The notes beneath the pieces are model-generated. The model made no database searches and was not told the DNA's origin. It saw only the letters and a program-made list of their open reading frames with translations. Shown here in pieces: positions 41,147-54,776 of a stretch of 64,000 nucleotides of DNA. The position numbers and the translations under genes are program-made. This DNA comes from Pecten maximus (lineage: Eukaryota), in contig NC_047016.1 in assembly GCF_902652985.1 (NCBI RefSeq), positions 18,972,001-19,036,000 of the forward strand, read 5' to 3'. The stretch's first letter is position 1. Every line of letters starts with the position of its first letter.

Positions 41147-42999
41147 GTTTCTATCTCAATCAGTTTGTCCTTAAACTCTGAAAAAATATTATGATATCAG
41201 GTCAGGTTTTTTTCAACAGAAAACATGTGGCTTATAGCAGATATGCAGTGGCAAAAATAGAAAAGTTCTTGTAGGTACCAGTATACCTGGTTATGTCTAA
41301 AACAATCAAAGGGGCAAAGGCCCTGAGAAACGTCAGGGTTTGAGGTCATAAATTAAAAAATTTAATATTGGATTTTATAGTCAGACAGATACATTTGTAT
41401 CAGGTGAAATGTCTTAATCTGGTTATTCCTATTCTATATATATTCAAGAAAACATGTATAACATATTTATCTGCTGAAAACTTTCCAAAAGCGGAGTATA
41501 GTTCTTTCCCTGACCTTTTCCTTTCATGTTTGTGGAAGATTATTGATATACATGTACTTCTGAATCAGTAAAGCTGCTTGTAAACTTTGAAAAAAAAAAT
41601 CAACTGAAGGACAAATCGGTTTATTAAACAGTTACATTTACAACATGAAGAGATAAAATCCAAGATGTACACAGCCTAAGTTTTTTTCGGCATAACCGTA
41701 TAATATTCTTTTGGCCCCGGAGATGACGCGACAGATGGCGTTACTAGTCAGGATAAAGTATGTGATTGGTCAATGTAGCAGTAAATGCAAAATGCAGATA
41801 TGCAATTAAAAACGAAACAAAGTTAAGATTGAATGCAAGCTGAATAAGTGGATGTATCTTTTCAAATGACACATTAATGAAATTATATTCCTGATTCAAA
41901 TGCAGTCTTATTATCACCAAAAATGATTCAAACTGATGTAATTTTGTTATCCGTGCTGAATCGCATTATTTCCTTAATTTATATCACCAGCAGTTTTACA
42001 TTATAACCAAATTAAAACTATGCCGTTTATCTTTTTAAAAGATATTTCTTGTTATCTATATTATAAGATGTTAATTAGGCCTAGCAAACATCTATTTTAC
42101 GACCCCTAGTAACATCGAAAATGCAAATATTTTACCTCTGATAGAAAACTGCAGTCGCGCTGTCGGTCACGCTCTCCGATGACATATATAGGCCTACACT
42201 AAGTTTTGACAAACAAGACGCCAGTACATCAGTCACGGATCATAATCGTTAGATTCTTTTCAAATAAACAATTAATAATCTTATTTTATAAAATCCTCAT
42301 GAAAAAATGGCAATGTAGTTTGTTACAACTTGCCTTCAATTCCTTTTGATATTTCTTGCATATTCTAGCGACATACAAATAAACATGAAACTGCGAAAGA
42401 TCGCTGGGACATAACCGCGATTTCGGCCGATTTTGTTACTTTCGTTTTCAAGGCAGGATCGACACAGAACTACGTAATCCTACGCCAACAAAATTGCATA
42501 TACTGATGAGGAAAATGTTTATATTTATAATCTAAAATAGTCTAGAACACCAAACATTCATATTTCATTTTAAATAATTGCAGTAAACACGCGTACGTGA
42601 ACCATCGGTTAAATCGTGTCAATAATTGCTGTTAAAATAGGAACTATATTAGGCTGCAGATATATATCATTTGTATTACAGAAAAGAGAAGTTGTTAGCC
42701 GGAAACAAAAGTGTGACTAACAAAATTTACCCCACGACTATAATGGCAGGTGCCAAAGGCAACCTGACGTTAATTAAGGTTAAAAACATCTCCTCACAAA
42801 AGTTAATCAAATGTAGAGAAATAAGGACCATAATTAAGGTAAAATATGATCAAATGCTGAATCTATGGTTTTGTGCCAGGGAGAAGGGCCGATCTAATGT
42901 TGTTGAATGAATGACATCAACAATAAAATTGTTCTGATTGACCACTGTCAGAAGGGAAGTATGATATTTATCTGTTGTTCTAAGTGGGGTATATATGGA

Positions 43000-43580
43000 G
43001 TAGCAATGTCATCTTGATATCTTCAAAGCCTTAAGGGGGTAGAGGTATTTTGGGGTCAATTGGGTTGGGATTGTATAACATTGTTAGTAGTTTCTTTTCC
43101 TGATATCTAAATGTGGCCGATTCAAATATTCAAGCATTTCCCCTACACTGGATATATTCACATGATGATTTATAATGAATCTAGATCCTCTATATTTCTA
43201 TTTTGTTGATGTCATGGTCCAAATACGGATTGCAAACTCCTAGCATATTCCACAGTTGGTCTGACCAATGACTTGTATGCTTGTCCTTTTATGCTCTTTG
43301 AATTAATTTTGTATTTTGACATATATATAGGAAGCATGATGGTGTCATAAGCCTTGTTACAGATGTTACTGATATGTCAGAAGATATTATATATCCGGTA
43401 ATGCCCTGATTTCTTTGTGGAATTTACATGCTTAGAGTGTGGCCATGAAATATATCTTGGTAATTTTTTGGAGCTCTACTTCTGGTAAAAATAATATGTT
43501 AAGCTTATCTGGACGAAAGACACCATATTCCTATCTCTTTTCCATTAAGCAAGTTTGTCGAGATCTAATTGAAGTCTAAA
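43000..43580 (-). mobile_element. Decayed non-LTR retrotransposon (CR1/L2-like) reverse transcriptase C-terminal fragment
   Basis: Minus-strand translation gives LQLDLDKLA*W.. and QAYKSLVRPTVEYA, with stops and frameshifts. Confidence 0.75.
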
Positions 43581-44438
43581 CATGCTGGTTGTTGCCTTCC
43601 TTCTCTCTTGTTACATTGATTAAATACTAAGTTGTATATAATACTAATAAAGACGGTTAAAAAGGCAATGGCGCTTAACGGGAAATGAGCCAACATATAA
43701 GCTTAAATATACAAATCATGCAGAAAATAATCTGGCTGATGTGTAGTTAGTGTTGGAAATCAGTTGAGATTTCAATATAGATGATCAGATATAATCAGTT
43801 AATGTACAACCATAATGAATCATTTCTTCAGTAAAAAATGTAACCAAGTTATTTTCTAAATGAGCATTTTGTTTGTTGATAAGAATGGTAGTAGAAATGT
43901 TACATTCGCACCCATCAACTTATTGTCTGATACAGTGGTTTTTACAACAGTCGTTGCTGTGTGTTCAATTCTGTCGAAAATAAGACGAATTTCAAAATGT
44001 GCAATATATAGTGTCAACTTGGCCGGTTATCGGTTTTGAAGACCTTTCTTGTTAAGTTGTTTGCATCGGTCCATCGTCTTGGTGCCATGTGTTCTGTAAT
44101 GAATCTATTATTGAATATTCCAAAATTTAAGCTTTATAAGATTAATTGTAGGTTCCTCTCTCCGCCTGCTTTAAAGCCCTCGTATCGGTGCAATATTATA
44201 TTCGGTTACAGGACGGGGTTATTCTGTGCACAGGATGTTGAACTTTGTGTTTTTCATCTTCTTTGTGAATACTCACCAAGATTTTTTGTGTTTCAGTTCT
44301 CCGTCAGTGCCTTGAAAATATGCTTAATTTTAAAAGTATGATGTCATATCGAATGGATTGTGACAACGAAAGTAAATTTAACAGTAAAACTTGGGAATCA
44401 CAAACCTAACACGCAGAAATGACACCGACTGGGCAACA

Positions 44439-44446
44439 CCGGAAGT
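44439..44446 (+). promoter_or_regulatory. ETS-type motif CCGGAAGT in the probable EDF1 promoter
   Basis: Consensus motif about 300 bp upstream of the ATG, in the divergent BAG6/EDF1 intergenic region. Confidence 0.35.
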
Positions 44447-44738
44447 TAAATACCTGTTTATGGAATGTCGCATTTTCAAAAAGTAAAAATATAAATTGTA
44501 TTCATTATTTATTTAAGCAATGGATACTGTTTGATATTTCATTTTTATGTTGTATTATGAGAGTTTAGTGGTAATAACAAATAGAAAAGGAACACTTAGT
44601 TTTACGACATCCCAAATATAAGTACACAACACGCCATATTGCATCAAGATTTCGAAACAAACTGAAAACAACGAATAGTTGTACCTTTCCAAGCACAAAA
44701 GTGAAGAATTCCTCATTCAGATAGCAATTTAAAATAAC

Positions 44739-47700
44739 ATGGCTGAATTTGATTTGGATGTTAAAACCATTGGAGGCAGATGGGGTCGTCAATCTAACAC
44801 CCAACAGGTATGATAATGATTGGGCTCACAAACTTCACCCTGTGACCATTTTTTTGGTAAACAACATGTATCAACTTTGATTATTATGGATGTCTGATTA
44901 TTTCCTGCTAACAGAATAAAAAAAAAACATATTCGCAATTGTCGTTTACAAATCAGGACGTGAGATTATTACTGTGAACGGCGCGCGAAGAACCATAAAT
45001 CAATTTCTCGTTACAGTACTTATATATATATAGCTGTAGGTAATCAACATGTTCAAATTAAATATAGTCCGAATTTTCTGACGATCTTTAACATCAGAAC
45101 CCTTCGGATTAGCTCAAATATAACAGATAATTTGAAATGGGAACACGTAAATTTAAACATTTGTATCAAAAAGGCTGTCATATTTTTAAGATAATCCCAT
45201 AACCAAAGCAACAATATCATGGTACATGTTTACATAACAAGGGAGTTATTCTAGATCTATTGTCTGTTTTTTTTGGGAAGGTCAAAAACTTTATCACCTC
45301 CATTAATTAATGTGGTGAAATTTATCAAAACTGGTAAATTCATGCTCACTTATGACATTTGCTCTGATAAAAAATGATCCCATGCCAATGGCTATACACT
45401 GTAGTCAATGGAGAACAAAGTCAATGATGTAAATTATTTTTTAGCAAAAATTATATAACAAAATAAACTGGATTTTTTTATTGGCAAATATTATGTAAAA
45501 GTAGAGAGTATAAAGATGTCACGTAATAGCTCAGACCAGTGGGAATTTCCCTTTAGCCTAATGGTAGGATGTTTGCCTTGAGAGTGAAAGGTCGCTAGGT
45601 CAAAGCCCAGCACATGGGCAGAGTATTTTTCATTACTCCTTCCTATAACAGATTAAGTGCCATTGACCACTCCAAGTCCTTGGTGATAAAGAACCTGTAC
45701 ATGTCTTGTGGTTGTCTTTGGGGGCAAAGACTTTTTAAAGGAAGGAGTATAGTGTAAAAGTAGAGAGTATAAGGTCACCTTATATTTACTAGCTCAGACT
45801 AGTGGAAATTTCCCTTTAGCCTGTAGTGGTAGGATGTTTGCCTTGAGAGGAAAGGTCGCTAGTTTGAAGCCCAGCATGGGCAGGATATTTTTAGGTCATC
45901 TGACCCGAAGGGTCAGGATGACCTCTAGCCATCCGTCGTCCGTAAACTTTTCACATTTCAATCTTCCTCTCAAGTTCCACCAGTGGGATTAAGCTGAAAC
46001 TTGCCAGAAATGATCCTGACCAAGTGTTGTTATTTTTCAGGTCGGTCCGAAATCCAAGATGGCCGCCATAATCGCCATTTTGGAAACACATTTTAAACTT
46101 CTTCTCATGTTCAACCAGTGCTATTGAGCTGAAACTTGCCATAAATGATCCTGAGATGATCCTGACCAAGTGTTGTTATTTTTCGGGTCGGTCCGAAATC
46201 CAAGATGGCCGCCGTGACCGCCATCTTGAAAAACACATTTTAAACTTCTTCTCAAGTTCCACCAGTGCTATTGAGCTGAAACTTGCCTGAAATGATCCTG
46301 ATATGATCCCGACCAAGTGTTGTTTATTTTTCGGGTCGGTCCGAAATCCAAGATGGCCGCTGTGGCCGCCATCTTAAAAAACACATTTTATACTTCTTCT
46401 CATGTTATTTTTCGGGTCAGTCCAAAATCCAAGATGGCCGCCGTGGCCGCCATCTTGAAAAACACATTTTTAACTTCAGTTCCACCAGTGCTATTAAGCT
46501 GAAACTTGCCTGAAATGATCCTGATATGATCCCGACCAAGTGTTGTTATTTTTTCGGGTTGGTCTGAAATCCAAGCCATCTTGAAAAACACATTCTAAAC
46601 TTCTTCTCCAGTTCCACTGGTGCCATTGAGTTGGAAATTGGTGAGGATGTTAAGGAAGGAGGGCCAACAAAGTGTTGTTATTTTTCGGCCTCGTAAAATC
46701 ATTGACTTGGCAGCCATGGTGGCCATTTTCTAACATGATTGTGCAATCATGATTTACCTGAACAATGCCTATTTCAATCTTCTTCTCAAATTCCACCAGT
46801 GAGATTCAGCTCTAACTTACCAGAAATTATCCTTAGATGGTCCAGACCAAGTGTTGTTATTTCTTGGGTCGGTCAGAAATCCAAGATGGCCACCATAGCC
46901 AACAGTGTATATACTTGCTACAGAGAATACATACTACAATAATATAAGGTTTTTAATTGAGAGTCAGATGACTGTTAAGGCCCCTGGGCCTCTTGTTCAT
47001 TACTCCTTCCTATTACAAATATACACAGTGTCACATTGATTATTGGAGCATATTACAAAGATGACACCCATTCTTGTTTCAGATACATTAAAGAACTTTG
47101 TATTTTTGTTTCAAATTATCCTGCATTTGAGGGAATCATTTATCTCTCAAAAAACTGTCACAATTACTCAATTGCAGGACTATTACCCATATATATGCAG
47201 GGTTGTGCCCAACCTGTTTAGTACAGCTGTGGTAGTGTTAGAGAAATTAGTTCATGGTTGTTGCACAAATCAAACTATTTATCACATCTGTTTTTGTACC
47301 AGAACTTACATATATTTTGAGTTATTATGTTTGATGCTTGTTGGATATGCCTGGTTCCAATATTGGTTCCTATTTGTCATCACAAGTCAACTGTTCTCAT
47401 TTCTAGAAGTTGACATTTGGATTTGACCTGGTATAATATATTACATGTACAGAAGCTCAGTTTCAGGATTTTGAGTATATATGATAACAGTTAATCAGTA
47501 CATCATTAAAAATCCAATATTTCTATACATTCTAAAAACATATATGAGAATCAGGAGTATTGATGTTTCAAAATCCTGAAATGTTAACCAAACCCTTGTG
47601 GTCGTCAACATAATAAAACAGAGGATTCTTGATTAATAGAATATTTCCCTACCTTGGTGTGTGACAAAGAAATCTCAAACCTTTGGGGAATTCATAAATT

Positions 47701-50700
47701 AATATCAAACCCTCGGCAAGCCTCAGGGACATTCATGAATTCTCCTCGGGTTGAGATTTCTTTGTCACACTTAGGTATACGTAGGGAATGATTATTTTTC
47801 TCACACCACTTTAAATAATTGAATATTCCATCGGTGATCAAGGTCTGTTTGTAAACAAATGCTCATGGTCAGCGTATGAATATCCTCATTTGATGAAGTA
47901 CCCATTAATTCTCAATACTTATTTAAACAGACACTAAAATAATTAAGGTATCAGTGATACTATTCTGATGTTAACAACATGTACAGTACATTTTGTCATT
48001 TCATTAAACTTTGTCAAGTTTGTGTCTCTAGAACACATATCTAACATGAAATAACAACGCTGGAACTATAGTGGCGTCACTCAAAAAGTAGTTCCGTAAG
48101 TACTTCCAGTTCAGAATATATAGTGCCGTATTATTAGTGCGTGCAATATGTCATACCCTAAGGGTTGACAGAGAAATCTCTCACATCGAAAACTGGTGAT
48201 AAATCTGTGAACTGTGGAAGAATATGTATATGTATACTCTTCCTTAAAGCTAAATTTGCCTAAATTTAAAACTAGTCATTACTAAACAACCAGAAGGTAT
48301 ACTGTATAGATAGAGCATTAAGATCAGAAATATAAATCTTCCAATATAATGTATTTCGTCAAAATTCAGTAACAGACTGTTAGTAAGGATCAAGATATTA
48401 TCAAATCTACGCCTTTGATCTATTATAATTACCATCTACACTTATTTAGCTGATTACATATGTAAGGGTTTATTTTCAGTACGTTCTGACCTTGTTGTGA
48501 ATTAATATATAAGGAGCTATCATCCTTTTGAGTTTTAACTGTATGCATTGTATATTGTACATACGTCAAAATTAAAGAGATAAATATTTACACAATGCTT
48601 TCAAAATTGAAAATAGTTAACGTTGTGTTAATATTATTATGATGTTACCTTATTTACATTAATAAATGACATGTAAAACTTTATAATTACTCTGATTTAT
48701 TCATGATTTTGAAAATGAAATAGTCTATATGTTAGTCATGTTTGAATCATTTTTTAATTTATATATATATAACAGACTGAGACTTTACATGTGAACTAAA
48801 ACAAAAATGTGCAGCGATATCCTCTTGTGATGGAGTATGCATGCACAGTGACACACACATTTTGTCTGGGACTCACCCTTTTATAAAACAATTACATGTA
48901 CTTGATATGGAGTTGAAATATTATAATTGACTAATATTTGCTGTTTACAATTAAAACATATCCAGTTATTTCTATGTTTTACTTTCAGGCTGTCAATGCA
49001 GCAATACGACAGGGAAAGGATGTTGAAACAACTAAAAAATGTAGGTATCTTATTGTAATGCTCTGATCATTTATAGATTTGTTGTAAGAAAGTTAAAAAG
49101 TTTTTGAAACTATATTGGTAATTTGGTGACAGCATTATTCTTGGTCATACTCATACACTTTATCAGACTCTTCACTGGTCAGTTAACGTTGATAAAACAA
49201 TATTGGATGTAATATTAGATGGATGTTTGTAAACTAGAACCTTGACGGACATTGTGCTTTGTCATCAGTTGCTGCTTCCCAAAACAAGCAGTCGTCGGCT
49301 GCGAAAAATACAGCAAAACTTGACCGTGAGACTGAAGAACTGCATCATGAACATGTGGCATTGAGTCTGTCCCGTCAGATCCAGAAGAGTAGACAGGAAA
49401 AAGAATGGACACAAAAGGAACTGGCAACTGTAAGTTTGTTTGTACTAATGTTTACAACAATTATACAAACAGTAGATGATGCAACAATCTTGTGCTTATA
49501 ATTACTGTACAATAGATGATATGAGTCATTTTTGAGTTTTATTGGGGTAAATCACTTTCGCCCATGAATTTCTAGTAATGATATTTTTTCAATAAGTGCT
49601 TATAACAAATAATTTCAATAGTTTCTTTTAACAATATATTGTTTTTCTCTAGAAAATAAATGAAAAACCACAAGTGGTCAATGATTATGAATCTGGAAAA
49701 GCCATACCCAACCAGCAAGTGATCTCCAAGTTGGAAAGATGCTTAGGTAAGTCTGTAGTGATGGATTATCAGGCTGTCAGCATTGAAGGGTTTATCTGCA
49801 TTCAGCTGCCACATCTTAATAAATTCTAGATTGGTTATGTGTGTAGATGGGTGTGCCCATGAGGAGCTGTATATGAAGGTGGGAGTGTCATTTGAGGGGT
49901 TGTGTTTGTGTGAGGGAATTATGTGTGTGGATGGGGGTGTCTTTTGAGGGGTTGTGTTTGTGTGAGGGAATTATGTGTGTGGATGGGAGTGTCGTTTGAG
50001 GGGTTGTATTTGTGTGAGGGAATTATGTGTGTGGATAGGAGTGTCTTTTGAGGGGATGTATTTGTGTGAGGGAATTATGTGTGTGGATGGGAGTGTCGTT
50101 TGAGGGGTTGTGTTTGTGTGAGGGAATTATGTGTGTGGATGGGAGTGTCTTTTGAGGGGATGTATTTGTGTGAGGGAATTATGTGTGTGGATGGGAGTGT
50201 CTTTTGAGGGGTTGTATTTGTGTGAGGGAATTATGTGTGTGGATGGGAGTGTCTTTAGAGGTGTAGTGTTTGTATGAGGGGGTATGTGTGGATGGGAGTG
50301 TCTTTTGAGGGGATGTATTTGTGTGAGGGGATTATGTGTGTGGATGGGGGTGTCTTTTGAGGGGTTGTGTTTGTGTGAGGGGATTATGTGTGTGGATGGG
50401 GGTGTCTTTTGAGGGGTTGTGTTTGTGTGAGGGAATTATGTGTGTGGATGGGAGTGTCGTTTGAGGGGTTGTGTTTGTGTGAGGGGATTATGTGTGTGGA
50501 TGGGAGTGTCGTTTGAGGGGTTGTGTTTGTGTGAGGGGGTATGTGTGGATGGGAGTGTCTTTAGAGGTGTAGTGTTTGTATGAGGGGGTATGTGTGTGGA
50601 TGGGAGTGTCTTTTGAGGGGTTGTGTTTGTGTGAGGGAATTATGTGTGTGGATGGGAGTGTCTTTTGAGGGGATGTATTTGTGTGAGGGAATTATGTGTG

Positions 50701-51734
50701 TGGATGGGAGTGTCGTTTGAGGGGATGTATTTGTGTGAGGGGATTATGTGTGTGGATGGGAGTGTCGTTTGAGGGGATGTATTTGTGTGAGGGGATATGT
50801 GTGGATGGGAGTGTCGTTTGAGGGGATGTATTTGTGTGAGGGGATAGTGTGTATGGATTGTAGTGTCATTTGAGGGATTATGTTCGTTTGAGGGGATATG
50901 TGGATGGATTTGTGTTTGTGTGAGGGGGTTATGTGTGTGGATAGGAGTGTCTTTTGAGGTGTAGTGTTTGTGTGAGGGAATTATGTGTGTTGATGGGAGT
51001 GTCTTTTGAGGGGTTGTGTTTGTGTGAGTGGATTATGTGTGTTGATGGGAGTGTCGTTTGAGGTGTTGTGTTGTGTGAGGGAATTATGTGTGTGGATGGG
51101 AGTGTCTTTAGAGGTGTAGTGTTTGTTGGAGGGGATTATATGTGTGGATGGGAGTGTCTTTTGAGGGGTTGTATTTGTGTGAGGGGATTATGTGTGTGGA
51201 TGGGAGTGTCTTTTGAGGGGATGTATTTGTGTGAGGGGATTATGTGTGTGGATGGGAGTGTCTTTAGAGGTGTAGTGTTTGTGTGAGGGGATTATGTGTG
51301 TGGATGGGAGTGTCTTTTAAGGTGTAGTGTTTGTGTGAGGGGATTATGTGTGTGGATGGGAGTGTCTTTTGAGGTGTAGTGTTTGTGTGAGGGGGTTATG
51401 TGTGTGGATGGGAGTGTCTTTTGAGGGGTTGTTAATGTAGGTGGAACTGTTCTTTGATTGATTATGTGTGTAGATGAGAGTGTCCTTTTAGAAGGTCTGT
51501 GAGTTGATTTGAATGTCATTTGATGAGGTATGTGTGTAGGCAGTGAAATGCCTTTTGACTACTTGTGTATGAAGACAAGGAAACACCACACAAGATGTTT
51601 TATGTGGGGAATATAGAGAAAAGAATAAGAGCAACTGTTTTGAGCAATCATTATTTATGATGTCAAACATTGTCATTACAGGTGTGAAACTTCGTGGAAA
51701 GGACATTGGCCAGCCTATTCACAAGAAGAAGTGA
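44739..51734 (+). CDS. EDF1: Endothelial differentiation-related factor 1 / multiprotein bridging factor 1, 142 aa
   Basis: Exons 44739-44807, 48989-49040, 49269-49429, 49653-49746, 51682-51734, in phase. Peptide ..[87 protein letters not shown]. The first exon is divergent and less certain. Confidence 0.93.
45494..47017 (+). mobile_element. Miniature LTR retrotransposon (TRIM) with tRNA-like LTRs; 3' LTR interrupted by a HINE
   Basis: LTR1 45494-45650 (TGTA..AACA); internal 102 bp with degenerate PBS-like AGTGCCATTGACC and PPT AAAGGAAGGAG; LTR2 45753-45890 plus 46996-47017 (..TTACA); A-box-like TAGCCTGTAGTGG. Confidence 0.72.
45891..46995 (+). mobile_element. Non-autonomous Helentron-type element (HINE-like), family B
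   Basis: 5' AGGTCATCTGACCCGAAGGGTCAGGATGACCT hairpin, GTCC tract, 6-7 internal ~110-160-bp repeats containing AAATCCAAGATGGCCGCC, 3' TCAGATGAC and AGGCCCCTGGGCCTCTTGTT; inserted in a T run. Confidence 0.87.
47640..47795. mobile_element. Palindromic MITE-like element
   Basis: Long imperfect inverted repeat TTCCCTAC..GTGTGACAAAGAAATCTCAA..GAATTCAT / ATGAATTC..TTGAGATTTCTTTGTCACAC..GTAGGGAA. Confidence 0.7.
49835..51490. repeat. 52-bp G/T-rich minisatellite in EDF1 intron 4
   Basis: GTGTGTGGATGGGAGTGTCTTTTGAGGGGTTGTGTTTGTGTGAGGGAATTAT, about 31 copies. Confidence 0.95.
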
Positions 51735-52209
51735 TGCATGCAGCATGCTGGCACTCTACAGCTACTTTATGTAGCATGTGGCGCTACATCATACTATTAC
51801 AACACATGCATTTGCTATAAAATATTTCATATCAGGTTGGGCAGAATTTGTCTACGTTTACAATTTCTCAACGCAAATTTGTCAACTATGGACTATTTGT
51901 ATAGACATTATCCAGATGTATTTCTTGCTAATCTTATCAGCATTTGTTTAAGTGACAATTGTTTTGTCCTATTATGAGAAAATTAGTAAGATGGCTAAAC
52001 GTTGTGAATTAAGTGGTTCTGAATGTGTTAAGGATTGTTTTTGTGTAAATATTAAAGGGACAGCAGAGGGATCATTACATCAAAGGTTTCATTGCTTCAG
52101 CTGGTAAAGGTGACGTTTATAGACAGATTGATGACACCATGAAGCATGACACAAAGTGTCAAGAATCATCTTCAAGTTTAGTTAAAAACATGATGGTAAT
52201 GGTTGTCGT

Positions 52210-52215
52210 AATAAA
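52210..52215 (+). terminator. Candidate EDF1 polyadenylation signal AATAAA
   Basis: AATAAA about 480 nt after the stop codon. Confidence 0.5.
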
Positions 52216-53819
52216 GTTTCTTTACATGCCTATATTGACCTTTGAGTTTGAATTTTTGTGACAACACTTTCTTCAAACTGTTGATGTATTTACAATTGGA
52301 AGTACAAATGTAGTAAGACATCATTCTTGTACACTTCACACCTTAAAGTACACTGGTCATTTGTCTGATGATGGTGATAGGGTCATTTAATTGACATAGA
52401 ATACAGAGCAAAAAAGCTAAATGCAAAATTTCGCCAATGATTTGTATGTCAATTTTGATTCCAATTTGACTGCAAGGAAATGATGTTTGGTAAAAAAAAA
52501 TCCCACTTTCATGCAATTTACCAGCATCTTAACATTATACTGGTGAAACTGAAATGACTAGGTTTCCTTTGCACCCATCTTGTACATATGTATGTATGTA
52601 CGTAACACCAACATTTGTCGGTGATCCACCGGCTTCATTCCTTGAGGGATTTTGATCAAATTTTACACAATGATAAAGGACCGTAATATCTTTAGCAAGT
52701 TGAAGTTTCAGGGTTTTGGGGTCAAACTCAAGGTCATTGTTACTATTTAAGAGGGGCCAGTAGGGGACATGCAATACCTAGTAAGCTTGTTATGATTGAA
52801 TGCCGACCAATGGATTAACAAAGTTATAGGGTGATGCTATTATATGCTTACTTTTCTTTAGAGTGAGACTAAATTATTTCTTTTAGTGAGACCTGAAATT
52901 ACAGACCAATATATTAACATCCTGTAACATCCGACCCTATCCACTAGTTGACATTTACTACATTATGTACATTTACATGATTTTATCCAGAACTTGCCTT
53001 CTCTGTAATCCAAATTAAATTTTTGGTACAGAAATTTAATGTACTGTTATTTTCTCAGACATTACATACCTAGTAATTTGCTAAGAAAGCACTTGTTCCA
53101 TGTTTCATGCATGAGACTAAGCCAAGAAAATAGGTGAATGTAATTTAATTAAGGAAAAAATCCAGTTCAAATGCCATGCGGCCTCTGAAATATGGTGTAG
53201 GATCGGAGTTATTAAAATTGTTAAACCGAAGTCGCTGATATTTGGCTAGAAGCTCTTATTCTTGTACTTTATCAAGGGTCTATTCAAATTCATCCTGCAA
53301 CTGCCACACACACTGACCGATAACTACTGAAGGATCAACGTATGCTTTATACGTCGATACGATTCAAGTGAATTTGATCCACACCCGACAGGACTACTTT
53401 TAACTTGGCCCTGAACTTTGACCTGAATGTGTAACGTTACAAGGTTATAATATAAGAATTATTTTGGTGCTTGACACGATAGGGTCTTTGACAGGAATAA
53501 TTTGTATATGTGTTATATTTCCATATGTTTTCAAGTGAAATTAACCTCTGATTTACATAAAAAGCCTGGAACTATTTTGTGGTGTCGACAGTCATCTCAG
53601 ATTTCTTAAGTCATGCACCAAAATAAACCTTGAATATTGTAACATACTAGTCATGTATTCTCTATTCTTTTCATGTTTTGCCTTTTTCAGCCCACCATCA
53701 TTAGTCATTTAACCTTGTTACCAAATTTGAAGAAATGCATAGAAATGAAGCGTGACAGATGGACAGACAAACCTGTTTCCTTTTTCAGGGTCATAGGGGT
53801 CAAATTTCTGTTTTTTTTC

Positions 53820-54382
53820 CCAGGTCATCTGACCTATAGTTGACGTGCTCTGTCCGTCATCAAACTTTAAAATTTTACTTTCAAAATTCTACTTCTCCTT
53901 AACCCCAAAGTGGATTACTACCAAATTTGCCGTAAAACATCATTGAGGGAGGGCAATCATATTTTATACGAGGCTGGTGTGGTCCCTGGGGTCTGCGGGC
54001 GGGGCAACAAAAAGGGAAACTTTGGTGAATTTTTGTTTTAAAACCCTACTCCTTCACTTTGGTGGATTACAACCATTTGATCATTGATGTGAAACATCAT
54101 TGAAGGAGGGAAATCATATTTTATATAAGTGAGGTTGATGCAACTCCTGGAGCCCCAAACGTGAAACTTTGCTGTAATTTGGCTTTTAAACACTACTCAT
54201 CCTAAATCTTTGAGTGGATTTCTACCAAATGGTGTGAAATATCACTGGGAGAATTACTTTGGCAGGTCTGATCCCTTCGGACAGAGGGACAGGGTCATAT
54301 CACATCAATACTTATGTTGTGTCCTCTATGTATATAATGGTTCAATTGTCAGATGAACATTAAGAGTCATGGCCCTCTTTTA
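53820..54382 (+). mobile_element. Old degenerate HINE-like element with family B-type ends
   Basis: AGGTCATCTGACC at the 5' end, GTCAGATGAAC..GGCCCTCTT at the 3' end, about 3 decayed internal repeats. Confidence 0.55.
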
Positions 54383-54770
54383 AAGAATTCTTGGCAATCC
54401 AGTGTCTTCATTCCTTGAGGGATTTTATCTAAACTTCACACACTTACAAAGAGCGATATCTCGGACAAGTTAAGAGTTGTTGGGTCTATGTAAAGGTCCC
54501 TGTTACTGTTTTAAAGAAAACCCTTTGAGGGATTTTCATCAAACTTCAGACTCTTATTTAGGATCTTGGCAAACAGAAATCTAAATGGCCTAATTTGCAA
54601 ACATTCAAGATGAAGGTACAGTTGCAATTGGTTATTTGTTGCCCATAAGTGTAGTCCTATTCTGTTGACAAATGTTTTAGTAATATTCTTTTTAATACAC
54701 CTAACACTTTCTATTCAGAAACTTCACAGGAAAAAAAAATATGACAAAATATACACTAAAGCATGACAAT

Positions 54771-54776
54771 TTTATT
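54771..54776 (-). terminator. Candidate PSMB1 polyadenylation signal AATAAA
   Basis: AATAAA about 280 nt after the stop codon. Confidence 0.55.

Noticed and set aside
1-51490. CRISPR-like appearance of the repeat arrays
   Set aside because: Units are head-to-tail with no unique spacers, there are no cas genes, and the context is eukaryotic.
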